A DNA stretch of 25,832 nt from a virus (taxonomy: Duplodnaviria; Caudoviricetes), in IMG/VR virus record IMGVR_UViG_3300034283_002348, positions 1 through 25,832 of that record. One strand, 5' to 3'. The notes under the pieces were generated by a model that was not told where the DNA came from, did no database searches, and worked only from the letters and a program-made list of their open reading frames with translations. The translations under genes and the position numbers were made by a program. Position 1 is the first letter of the stretch. Each line of letters begins with the position of its first letter. Below are positions 1 through 7,435 of this stretch, one piece after another.

Positions 1-671
1 AGTCCTATAAACTCGGTAGCTTTAACAAAATCTTCAGCAAACTCATTGCTAAACAACACGTTAGTTCCTAGAGCTTGACCAAGATCAACAGTAGCTTGAG
101 TTAATCTCTCTGCATCAATTCTGGTATTACCTAGCGAGTATTCTTCAAACTGTTCTCTTAGGTCTCTGGATGCTGCTACTCCTTGGCCTAGAGTCTTAGA
201 AAGAGTATATACATCATTATTTACACCCAGTAGGCTTTTTCCTAAGCCTGCTACCGATAGAGTGGCAGTCAGCTTGCTTAAAAGACCTGTTAATCCAAGG
301 GTTTCTTTTAAAGAAGTTAGAGCTTTTTTGTTATTTTTTTCCTTTTGTACTTGGGCTGCAAGTTGTTCGTTATCGATTTTTAACTCAGCCTGCTTTTCAC
401 TAAGTAATTCAGCTGACGCTTCAAGCGCTTTTGCCTGTAGAGCTAATTTCTTAGCTTGACTCTTGTTGCCTTCTTTTTCAAATACGTCTGCCTGTGCTTG
501 TAGATCAAGTGCTTTAACTTGATTTGAAAGAATTTTACTTCCAAAGCTTCTGTAAAGAGCTGTATTTTCAGTTAACTGCTTTTGTAACTCAGCTTGTTCC
601 TCTAACCTCTTATTTTGAAGTCCGAAGATATCAGTAAGTTCCTGAGCTTGTTTATTTTGTTCGTCAGCCAT
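1..671 (-). CDS. Probable tail tape measure protein, N-terminal part (runs off the window's left edge)
   Basis: Not in the ORF track. ATG at 671 opens a frame (MADEQNKQAQELTDIFGLQNKRLEEQAELQKQL...FAEDFVKATEFIG) with no stop before position 1. It is helical/coiled-coil-like and Ala/Leu/Gln/Lys-rich, sits in the canonical position after sheath-tube-chaperone, and has TATTTATA 15 nt upstream. Confidence 0.8.
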   Translation of the reverse strand, partial: MADEQNKQAQELTDIFGLQNKRLEEQAELQKQLTENTALYRSFGSKILSNQVKALDLQAQADVFEKEGNKSQAKKLALQAKALEASAELLSEKQAELKIDNEQLAAQVQKEKNNKKALTSLKETLGLTGLLSKLTATLSVAGLGKSLLGVNNDVYTLSKTLGQGVAASRDLREQFEEYSLGNTRIDAERLTQATVDLGQALGTNVLFSNEFAEDFVKATEFIG

Positions 672-686
672 GCAAGTCTATATACA

Positions 687-694
687 TATAAATA
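687..694 (-). promoter_or_regulatory. TATTTATA motif (putative late promoter) before the tape measure gene
   Basis: One of ten perfect copies, each upstream of a gene start. Confidence 0.7.
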
Positions 695-702
695 GAAACC
701 TC

Positions 703-978
703 CTACTTTCTAGCAACTTTAGTACTGTAGGTAGGGGAACTAATAGCGGGACCTAAAGGCTTAGTGTTTTGAGCTGTAGCTTTTTGGATATTTTGAGATT
801 TTTCAATGTTCTCGTTTTCATCTTGATAGTGCTTTTCAATCATTCTAAAAGTAAGTTTTCTAAGCCATATCGGCATGTTGTAAACTGTCTCCCAGTTGTA
901 CCCGCCTTTGCCATGAAATACTATTTCATGAAGTTGTGTAAATAGGAAAGTCCTATACTCAGGCGTCAGGCCAAAAAA
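703..978 (-). CDS. gp51-like / 'T' frame of the tail assembly chaperone, probably reached by frameshift from the 959..1690 gene
   Basis: Open frame FFGLTPEYRTFLFTQLHEIVFHGKGGYNWETVYNMPIWLRKLTFRMIEKHY...VARK*, stop TAG at 703-705. The YNWETVYNMPIWLR segment resembles the small gp51-type chaperones of T4-like phages. The first ATG (876) lies inside that motif. Confidence 0.75.
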   Translation of the reverse strand, partial: FFGLTPEYRTFLFTQLHEIVFHGKGGYNWETVYNMPIWLRKLTFRMIEKHYQDENENIEKSQNIQKATAQNTKPLGPAISSPTYSTKVARK

Positions 979-1690
979 AGCTAAGACCGATCGGAAGATC
1001 GACGTCCTCCTCTACGCCATTGATTACTAGCCTGGTTGTATAATCGATTCCAGGTAGCAGTGAACTGTAATACTCTCTAAACGCTCTAGCTTCTTTAGCC
1101 AAAAATGCATTATCAATAAAGTCTCTGATGTCTTTCACTTCTCTGGATCCGTTGATAGATGTGATAGTGTATTTTAGACGTGTGGTAACTTGGGTAGAAG
1201 ACTCTTGGTTAACTTTCTGTAGACCTTTTATCTCTGTGTCTATCTTACCTTCATCTCCGTGGCTAAGCAGCTTGAAGGTAATCACGTTCCCGGTATCCGG
1301 TAGTGTAAAAGTAAACTCGTTAACTCCGGCGGAATACTCTTTTTCGTTAATTACCTTAGATTGGTAAGAGGTAAGGTCTACCTTATGTTCTTTACCCTTA
1401 TACGCAAACGAATACTCCTTACCGTAGGAAAGTATTCTAGCTGCTAGCATTAAAGCATCTCTATCTCCGATCAGTAGATCATTGTAGTTAATAGGAGAAA
1501 CGATCATTGATTGCAAAAGCTTGTCGATTGCAATACCTTGACGAAGGTAATTCTGATTGGTAAGTATGTCCTCTTCTTTAGCGGTCATATACTTCATTTC
1601 AATTTTACCGCTTGATAGAGGACTGTCGGCTGGGTATACTAGTCCTTTAGAGGGAAGTTCAACGACTTCGGTTGGTATATTAAATGCCAT
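959..1690 (-). CDS. Tail assembly chaperone / T4 gp26-like baseplate hub assembly protein
   Basis: VELPSKGLVY and MTAKEEDIL motifs, an internal duplicated F.LP.TG..ITFKLL repeat, C-terminal FFWP, and location between tube and tape measure genes. Confidence 0.8.
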   Translation of the reverse strand: MAFNIPTEVVELPSKGLVYPADSPLSSGKIEMKYMTAKEEDILTNQNYLRQGIAIDKLLQSMIVSPINYNDLLIGDRDALMLAARILSYGKEYSFAYKGKEHKVDLTSYQSKVINEKEYSAGVNEFTFTLPDTGNVITFKLLSHGDEGKIDTEIKGLQKVNQESSTQVTTRLKYTITSINGSREVKDIRDFIDNAFLAKEARAFREYYSSLLPGIDYTTRLVINGVEEDVDLPIGLSFFWPDA

Positions 1691-1716
1691 ATTTTAAATA
1701 ACTTTAGTTTCTTATA

Positions 1717-1724
1717 TATAAATA
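1717..1724 (-). promoter_or_regulatory. TATTTATA motif before the tail chaperone gene
   Basis: 26 nt upstream of the ATG and just after a terminator. Confidence 0.7.
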
Positions 1725-1733
1725 TATTAAAAT

Positions 1734-1761
1734 AAAAAACCCGGCCATTTAGACCGGGCTT
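1734..1761 (-). terminator. Intrinsic terminator after the tail tube gene
   Basis: Minus strand GCCCGGTC-TAAAT-GGCCGGGT stem-loop followed by TTTTTATTTT. Confidence 0.8.
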
Positions 1762-1785
1762 GTATTTTTTATAAAGACTAAATCT

Positions 1786-2271
1786 TTAGAAGTTCAGTAC
1801 GCAATAATCCATTGCAAGCTGCAGTTCAACGTTGATGGCATCCTCTGTAGACCAGTTGTACTGACCGAAGTTAGAAGAGACTACAAATGAACCTTTGATG
1901 ATCCACTCACCGATTATATCACCTACTGGTCCGAGAGCATTCAAGGTGACGTCCTTCTTATAGAAGTCCGAGTACCCGGCCCGGCCAGTAACTGACTCGT
2001 ATCCAAGTCTAGCCCACTCCATGACCGCCTGTGCACCTGAAGGTGTGATGGGGTCATAAAGGCTGAGGGTCATGTTCTGCCACTCTCTCTTGCCTCTGAT
2101 CTTTCTGTAAGTGTTGATGTGATCAAGTTTGATGACACCGTCTGTGAAGGAAGGTGAAGAGACACTCTTAACCAAGTAAGATGGAATTCCATCGATGTAC
2201 ATAATAAATCTGTTAGCTACCTTCGGCTCGAAGGCTGTAAACATAATTTCGTTTGGATCTAGTACTGGCAT
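1786..2271 (-). CDS. Tail tube protein (T4 gp19-like)
   Basis: 161 aa with FEPK..NRF, W.....L.LYDPI, YKKD..L..LGP.G...EW...G motifs; immediately downstream of the sheath gene. Confidence 0.9.
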   Translation of the reverse strand: MPVLDPNEIMFTAFEPKVANRFIMYIDGIPSYLVKSVSSPSFTDGVIKLDHINTYRKIRGKREWQNMTLSLYDPITPSGAQAVMEWARLGYESVTGRAGYSDFYKKDVTLNALGPVGDIIGEWIIKGSFVVSSNFGQYNWSTEDAINVELQLAMDYCVLNF

Positions 2272-2293
2272 TTTGCTGGTCTGATTATTTAAT

Positions 2294-2301
2294 TATAAAT
2301 A
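2294..2301 (-). promoter_or_regulatory. TATTTATA motif before the tail tube gene
   Basis: 22 nt upstream of the ATG. Confidence 0.7.
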
Positions 2302-2303
2302 GC

Positions 2304-4016
2304 TTATACGTTAAATGTTGCTCCCGTAGGCTGGACTACAAAGTCTAGTACGATGAATTCTGCTGTCTTGGCAGGTTGGATGAAGATCTGACCTACAAGC
2401 TGGTTGCGGTCAATAACATCGGCAGTGTTGTTGGTGTCGTCCATTAACACTCTATAAGCGTAAAGTCCTTGTCTCTGTACTACAGTCTCAAGGTATGGGG
2501 TAACGGCGGCAAGGAATCTGTTGCGGGTAGCGATTGTGTTCTGCTCAAATACTAGAGTGTTGGCCTGGTCACCGATGAAGTTCTTAAGGTTGATAAGAAG
2601 TCTGCGGACGTTGACCCGGTCTAAAGCCGAAGCCTTAGTTTGCAAGGTCTTCTGACCGTAAGCAACTACTCCTGAACCTGGGAAGGTAGCGATTGGGTTT
2701 ACTTTACCTAAGTAGAGAGTATCTCTGTCTGACTGAGAAAGCTTTCTTTCTGCCATAACTACTGAAGGAATTCCCCCTCTTAGTAGACCTGCTGGTGCGA
2801 ACCATTCTGCTCCTACTCTGTCGTTGAAGGCGAATACGCCTCCTAGGACCGTTGAAGCAGGTGCCCAAACGTTTTTACCTAACTCGTTGTTTGCTACCTT
2901 AACCCAAGGCCAGTAAGCGGCAGCAAATGAGCTGTTCATTCCTCCGGCTTGGGTGGTTGCAGTGGCAGTTGAGCTGCCGTACCCTACCGGGTCGACAACG
3001 TAAATTGCGTCTCCTCTAGTCTCTACTAGATCGATAAACTGGGTTACCTGTGAGGAGTGGAGATCTTTAGTTAGACCTGGTGTTAGTAGGACGTTAAATC
3101 TGTATTCGTCTCTGTTAGCAAGAGTAGCGATTGCCGTATCGTAGGCAGTGGAAGGTGCAATACCCTGACTGTCGTTAGCTGCTAGGTTAACAAACTGTGC
3201 TTGAACGGCGGCTTGAAATAGTGTACCGGTTCCGCTGGCAAAAGCTCCGTTGATAGATCCGCTACCGATTGCAAAGTTTGCAAACGAAGCTGAGTAGGCT
3301 GTATTAGCTACACCGTTGTTATCCAGATAGTCAGGCATTTTAGTATTGACGCTTGATACGTAGACGTACTTAGAGGCGTTAGGATATTCACCTTCCACTA
3401 ATACTGAATCACCTTGGTTAGTCCGATACTGGTCCCCGATTACTCTTGCAACGTAGTTAGTTGACTTAGGGTCTAAGGAGAGATTTTGATAAGATTCAAG
3501 AACGATTTTGTTCTTTTCGTTATCATCCCCTCTTCTAATAATAAGTGAGAAAGTACCTTGCTGGGTATTCTTTGAAGTAACTTCGTATCTGATGTTATCA
3601 GCTGAGCCGCTCGCAAGAGAGTTGTTTGTTCCTGCAGAACCGCTGTTATTCATTATAGCCCCTTCAGTCACAGTGGTGAGAGTCACCCATGAGGTTGATC
3701 CGCTTGTGATCGTAGCAGATGCTGGACTGAAGGTTTGATTGGATACCCTGGTTACTAGGAGTGAAGAACCGCCCTGCTCAAAATATTTTTCGGCAGCTAG
3801 TGCAGTATAGTGGGTGTAGTAGTCACTTCCTGACTTAAAAGCACCTCCGAACATATTCAAGTACTCCCCGTAAGAACGTACTATAGTTGGTATGTCCTGA
3901 GGGCCTTTGGTAGTAGGTCCTACTAGTGCTGTAGAGACTTCGCCGGCTGCTGGGGTTACAAAAGACAGGTCGTTTTCTCTTGAAAAAACGCCTGGTGATA
4001 AAATTCTTTCTGACAT
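2304..4016 (-). CDS. Contractile tail sheath protein (gp18/FI-like)
   Basis: N-terminal SPGVFSRENDLS; C-terminal sheath motifs YWPW, WFAPAG..RG, VNPI, GQKTL, RVNVRRL, FEQN, QP.KTAEFI. Confidence 0.95.
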   Translation of the reverse strand: MSERILSPGVFSRENDLSFVTPAAGEVSTALVGPTTKGPQDIPTIVRSYGEYLNMFGGAFKSGSDYYTHYTALAAEKYFEQGGSSLLVTRVSNQTFSPASATITSGSTSWVTLTTVTEGAIMNNSGSAGTNNSLASGSADNIRYEVTSKNTQQGTFSLIIRRGDDNEKNKIVLESYQNLSLDPKSTNYVARVIGDQYRTNQGDSVLVEGEYPNASKYVYVSSVNTKMPDYLDNNGVANTAYSASFANFAIGSGSINGAFASGTGTLFQAAVQAQFVNLAANDSQGIAPSTAYDTAIATLANRDEYRFNVLLTPGLTKDLHSSQVTQFIDLVETRGDAIYVVDPVGYGSSTATATTQAGGMNSSFAAAYWPWVKVANNELGKNVWAPASTVLGGVFAFNDRVGAEWFAPAGLLRGGIPSVVMAERKLSQSDRDTLYLGKVNPIATFPGSGVVAYGQKTLQTKASALDRVNVRRLLINLKNFIGDQANTLVFEQNTIATRNRFLAAVTPYLETVVQRQGLYAYRVLMDDTNNTADVIDRNQLVGQIFIQPAKTAEFIVLDFVVQPTGATFNV

Positions 4017-4042
4017 TTTAAGGAAAGGTTAATTGATCTTAG

Positions 4043-4050
4043 TATAAATA
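4043..4050 (-). promoter_or_regulatory. TATTTATA motif before the tail sheath gene
   Basis: 26 nt upstream of the ATG. Confidence 0.7.
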
Positions 4051-4070
4051 TGCGTTAGTAGTGCAAACCA

Positions 4071-5099
4071 TTACCTAACGAAGTATGAGTAATTAGCATT
4101 TGTAATTACAGACCCTGAGAGTGTTAATGTTACGTTTTTAGTTGCTCCACTACCTGTTGTCTCTACTGCAACACCGCTTCCGTTGGGTTCTCCAAAGGTA
4201 TAAACTCGGGTTTTAAAAGAACCAGCTGTAGTTAAATCTTTTGCGGGAAGTCTCTGATCAAAGATAGCGTTAGGGTATGCTGAGGTGTAGGGTGAGCCAA
4301 AATTAAAGGCAACAAATCCAATAGCTCCTTGAAAATTCATGTTAGGTTCAAATTGGGTACCTCCAATGTAGAGGTGGTCCGTATTTGCAAACGAAGCACT
4401 TAAACTCTCTATACTAGTTTGTGTAGTTTGTGTTGCATTAGTATTTGCTGTATCTTTGTTAAACTGTATGCTGGGGAAGCCGTAAGAAGGGTTAGTTAAG
4501 GAGTTATACTCGCTGTTACCGAAGTATTCAAATGTTACTAGGGTGTATCCATTTCCTAGAGTACCTATACTAGAAGCATTACGAGAGAAGGTAGCGGTTT
4601 GTCCATTATTCCGGAAGGTAGTCTGTATAGCTCCGTTGACTAATGAAATAGCTAAAGACTGACTAGCAAAGCTGCCAGAGTACATATGAAGTATAGTCTG
4701 CGTACTACCAGTTGTAAATACATTAGGCTTAATAGCCATCATAATACCCATCGAACTTGTAAGGTTAATTGGGGCATCGATTGTCTCTAAGCTAGAGCTA
4801 AATAAGCTATTACCGTCAAAGTAAAAAGCAGTATCACTATAAACGATAGGTACACTACTAACTACGGGAGTAGGTGCTGGTACCGGAGCCGGTAGTGCTG
4901 GTGGAATAGTTGGCGGGGCCTGTAGGGAGACAGGAGCAGGGGCATTCAAAAACACAGATACTGCCGGTCTAGCATTAGCTACCGGAGAAAGCTGCTGGGC
5001 TGTCAAGCTTGTCGGCTGCAGATTAGTAAACTGTAACCTAAACTGCTGTGATTGGGTGGAGCTAGGTTGCAGTAAAGATTTTTTATCTCCTATGGCCAT
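4071..5099 (-). CDS. Virion protein with a Pro-rich linker and a LamG/ConA-like C-terminal domain
   Basis: PAPVSLQAPPTIPPALPAPVPAPTP linker, then AFYFDG, LYIGG and FQGAIG LamG-like motifs. It has its own upstream TATTTATA. Confidence 0.6.
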   Translation of the reverse strand: MAIGDKKSLLQPSSTQSQQFRLQFTNLQPTSLTAQQLSPVANARPAVSVFLNAPAPVSLQAPPTIPPALPAPVPAPTPVVSSVPIVYSDTAFYFDGNSLFSSSLETIDAPINLTSSMGIMMAIKPNVFTTGSTQTILHMYSGSFASQSLAISLVNGAIQTTFRNNGQTATFSRNASSIGTLGNGYTLVTFEYFGNSEYNSLTNPSYGFPSIQFNKDTANTNATQTTQTSIESLSASFANTDHLYIGGTQFEPNMNFQGAIGFVAFNFGSPYTSAYPNAIFDQRLPAKDLTTAGSFKTRVYTFGEPNGSGVAVETTGSGATKNVTLTLSGSVITNANYSYFVR

Positions 5100-5117
5100 A
5101 ATGTAAAAAGATTTTCA

Positions 5118-5125
5118 TATAAATA
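5118..5125 (-). promoter_or_regulatory. TATTTATA motif before the Pro-rich LamG-like gene
   Basis: 18 nt upstream of the ATG, abutting a terminator. Confidence 0.7.
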
Positions 5126-5126
5126 G

Positions 5127-5150
5127 AAAAAGAGGGCCGAAACCCTCTTT
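5127..5150 (-). terminator. Intrinsic terminator with a UUCG loop
   Basis: Minus strand AAAGAGGGT-TTCG-GCCCTCTTT plus TT, directly followed by C-TATTTATA. Confidence 0.8.
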
Positions 5151-5176
5151 ACTTCTAATGCAGGATCACCAGCTAC

Positions 5177-5470
5177 CTATTCAGCAGCAGAAACCTCTCC
5201 AGCAGGAGCATCCTCGGTCTTAGGAGCCGGTACGAACTCGCCTGTAGAAAGGTCTACAGTCCCGTCGCCGTACTTATCGGAAAGTTCCTTACCAAAGGTG
5301 TTCTCTTCTTCACGAAGTTCAGCTAAGAATTTCTTAGCGTTTTCAACTCTACGCTCAAGGTTTAGTTTGATCAATTCGACCTCGCCAAATTCAATGACGA
5401 TTGCTCTGTTTTTTTCCTGGAGTTGCTGAATTGATTGTAGCTCCTCTTGCGAAAGTTTTGTATTTTCCAT
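5177..5470 (-). CDS. Small coiled-coil phage protein of unknown function
   Basis: 97 aa with a heptad-like N-terminal two-thirds, an L..KYG.G.VDL.TGEF motif and an acidic tail. Confidence 0.8.
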   Translation of the reverse strand: MENTKLSQEELQSIQQLQEKNRAIVIEFGEVELIKLNLERRVENAKKFLAELREEENTFGKELSDKYGDGTVDLSTGEFVPAPKTEDAPAGEVSAAE

Positions 5471-5502
5471 ATAACGAAATTTAAATTAACCTGTTAGTTA
5501 TA

Positions 5503-5510
5503 TATAAATA
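5503..5510 (-). promoter_or_regulatory. TATTTATA motif before the 97-aa gene
   Basis: 32 nt upstream of the ATG. Confidence 0.65.
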
Positions 5511-5512
5511 TA

Positions 5513-5677
5513 CTACTTTCCACTACTGTAAGGAAAGATCTTATTTAATTGATTTTGCCTCTTCTTGCAGCCGCAGTCTTGTATGCCGACGGCATGTGTT
5601 ACTGTTTCTACAGCCTTTGCAATTCCTGTTGCTTCTGTGATCTTTGCAACTGTGTCTCCTAGTCCTTTTGATTCCAT
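5513..5677 (-). CDS. 54-aa phage protein with GLGDT...DCGC motif
   Basis: Not in the ORF track. MESKGLGDTVAKITEATGIAKAVETVTHAVGIQDCGCKKRQNQLNKIFPYSSGK* fills the gap exactly and is preceded by TATTTATA (5711-5718). Confidence 0.8.
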   Translation of the reverse strand: MESKGLGDTVAKITEATGIAKAVETVTHAVGIQDCGCKKRQNQLNKIFPYSSGK

Positions 5678-5678
5678 A

Positions 5679-5795
5679 TTATAAATTGTTTTGAGCTTCT
5701 TCTAAAGTTATATAAATACCAAGTAAGTCTGCATTCTCTAAAACAAACCAGCAAGGATTTCCTTCTAAATCTGTTCCCTGTTCTATATACTTCAT
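5679..5795 (-). CDS. 38-aa micro-ORF, translationally coupled to the upstream LamG gene
   Basis: MKYIEQGTDLEGNPCWFVLENADLLGIYITLEEAQNNL*. ATGA overlap with the stop of 5792..6466; its stop is 1 nt before the next ATG. Confidence 0.65.
   Translation of the reverse strand: MKYIEQGTDLEGNPCWFVLENADLLGIYITLEEAQNNL
5711..5718 (-). promoter_or_regulatory. TATTTATA motif before the 54-aa gene, embedded in the 38-aa micro-ORF
   Basis: 33 nt upstream of the ATG at 5677. Confidence 0.55.
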
Positions 5796-6466
5796 CGCCC
5801 GTACTTTCTTTTAGTATCGTTAAAATTTCTTATAACCTCTTCTGAGGTTAGTGCTACGTTATGCATTTTAATTACTGCAAAGCCTCCTGCAAACTGTCGA
5901 CCGTCACCTTCATGCCCTATGTTAAGGCCACTTACGTAAGAACTATCGGCAGAAGTATTTACAGTATTTACTAGAGCTCCATTTACATACTGGTAGAGCT
6001 GGTTGGTATCTGTATTATATACTGCTGCAATATGATGCCACTGTTCTCTCGCCATAGTAACACCCGGTTCATGATAGCCCTGGTTATCAGTAGAATACCA
6101 GTAATTGCTTAGCTGTTGGTTACTCTTGTTCCAGCTATGATAAATATGTCCTTGAATAATACATCCTCTATCTCCTCCTGTTAATTCACTAGCAGCTGGG
6201 TAGATCCAAGCTTCCATCGTTGCATTACCGGCGTTAGGGTTATTTGTATCTGTAGGCATTGTAAACCTGTCACCTACTTCGTCAAGCACGTAGCAGCGGA
6301 CTCCTCCAAGGGTACCGATAGTAGGGTTTCCGGCTGCGGTAGCTGATCCGTTCTTTCTTGCTAAATCGATCCAAGTTCCGGAAGCAGGAGCAGATTTAGT
6401 ATTAGTGGCATCTAGGAAAAATGTTAATCCTCTGTTCGCTACTTTTGGTCCTGCTCCCGCTGCCAT
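5792..6466 (-). CDS. LamG/ConA-like lectin-fold virion protein (no insert)
   Basis: GLTFFLDA N-terminus, TMEAWIYP, WHHIAAVY, YVNG, ALTSEEV..NFN..K.KYG C-terminus. Confidence 0.85.
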   Translation of the reverse strand: MAAGAGPKVANRGLTFFLDATNTKSAPASGTWIDLARKNGSATAAGNPTIGTLGGVRCYVLDEVGDRFTMPTDTNNPNAGNATMEAWIYPAASELTGGDRGCIIQGHIYHSWNKSNQQLSNYWYSTDNQGYHEPGVTMAREQWHHIAAVYNTDTNQLYQYVNGALVNTVNTSADSSYVSGLNIGHEGDGRQFAGGFAVIKMHNVALTSEEVIRNFNDTKRKYGR

Positions 6467-6488
6467 GTTTTTTTTTTCAATAAATATT

Positions 6489-6713
6489 TTAAATAAATCT
6501 TTCTACAATAACGATATTTAACATAGGATTTCCTCTGAGTTGGTTCTCCCATCCGTCAAAATAATCTTTATTTATCATTTCCGGTAGGAGGAGTAATCCT
6601 TCTTGTTTAATGATTTCATAGCCGGTCTCAATCACGGTTACGATCTTGCTCCAGGTATCACCATCTCTGGCGATAGTGAGTTTCATTGGTTTAAGCTCTG
6701 TGTTTGCTGGCAT
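6489..6713 (-). CDS. Hypothetical protein (74 aa)
   Basis: Co-oriented ORF filling the gap between array genes; no recognisable motif. Confidence 0.65.
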   Translation of the reverse strand: MPANTELKPMKLTIARDGDTWSKIVTVIETGYEIIKQEGLLLLPEMINKDYFDGWENQLRGNPMLNIVIVERFI

Positions 6714-6724
6714 GATTGAAAAAT

Positions 6725-7435
6725 TTATTTGATATATACTGCTCCGTACTGGTGGTAATCTCCTCCTGAGCTGTCCCAGTAAGGTGCATCGACGTATCCA
6801 CTGCCGCCTCCGAAATAATTACCGGACCAGCAGCTACCATACCAAAACGGGTTATTTCCGTAAAGTGTTGAACAGTTTTGGCCGTATACATCCTGATCAT
6901 TATCAAATGTAGTTAATGAGAATCCATTAGCAGCGTGATAACTATAGAAGCCTGGAGCTCCGGTGCTAGTTTCATCCGAAACTGCTTCTGCACCTGAGAA
7001 TCCATAGGTAGCAGTGAAGTTATTAAATCTCCACCTGTAGCGCTTGGTGTGGCTTCCGTTTAAGGCAGTTCCGTTGGTTCCGGACACGTACTGCACTACC
7101 GTTACTTTGCCGGCTGTTACTCTCCCGGTTAATTCTTGCCAGTATCTAGTCCCTACCCAGCAGTTAAAGTCCGCTAGACCTATCCCTCTGGGGGCTGAGG
7201 TTACTGTGGAGCTTGTGCGGTAAGTGCTTTTATTTACTGCACTATGGTAAGAAAGATTATTCATACCCCCGGTACTTTGCCTATTAGCTAAAACTAGCAC
7301 CCATCCTCCCCCGCTATACTCCTGGTTTACATATACTACAACGGTTCCTAGACTGGTCTTTACATTGTAAAAGCCAGAAGGACCGGTGATCTCGGCTACA
7401 TTGCGGTATACTTTTCCTCCGTAGTGTGTGCTCAT
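6725..7435 (-). CDS. Fibrinogen C-terminal-like (FReD) domain protein
   Basis: SG.Y......VYVNQEYSGGGWVLV and LTTFDNDQD....NCS......FWYGSCWSGN match the FReD pattern (VxCDM..GGWTV; FSTxDxDND..NCA..GWW..C..N). Confidence 0.8.
   Translation of the reverse strand: MSTHYGGKVYRNVAEITGPSGFYNVKTSLGTVVVYVNQEYSGGGWVLVLANRQSTGGMNNLSYHSAVNKSTYRTSSTVTSAPRGIGLADFNCWVGTRYWQELTGRVTAGKVTVVQYVSGTNGTALNGSHTKRYRWRFNNFTATYGFSGAEAVSDETSTGAPGFYSYHAANGFSLTTFDNDQDVYGQNCSTLYGNNPFWYGSCWSGNYFGGGSGYVDAPYWDSSGGDYHQYGAVYIK

Noticed and set aside
1006-1012. AGGAGG-like sequence upstream of the slippery T run as a frameshift stimulator
   Set aside because: It is about 26 nt from the run, too far for known SD-stimulated shifts, and is explained by Glu-Glu codons.
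1-4016. Bacterial eCIS or tailocin rather than phage
   Set aside because: Head genes are not in the window, so this is not formally excluded. However, gene-by-gene late-type motifs, multiple S74 fibres and phage-type small genes fit a large myovirus better.
6691-6906. 71-aa minus-strand ORF, and likewise the 64-aa ORF at 22248..22442
   Set aside because: Both are alternative-frame ORFs overlapping better-supported genes, with no initiation signal or slippery site seen.
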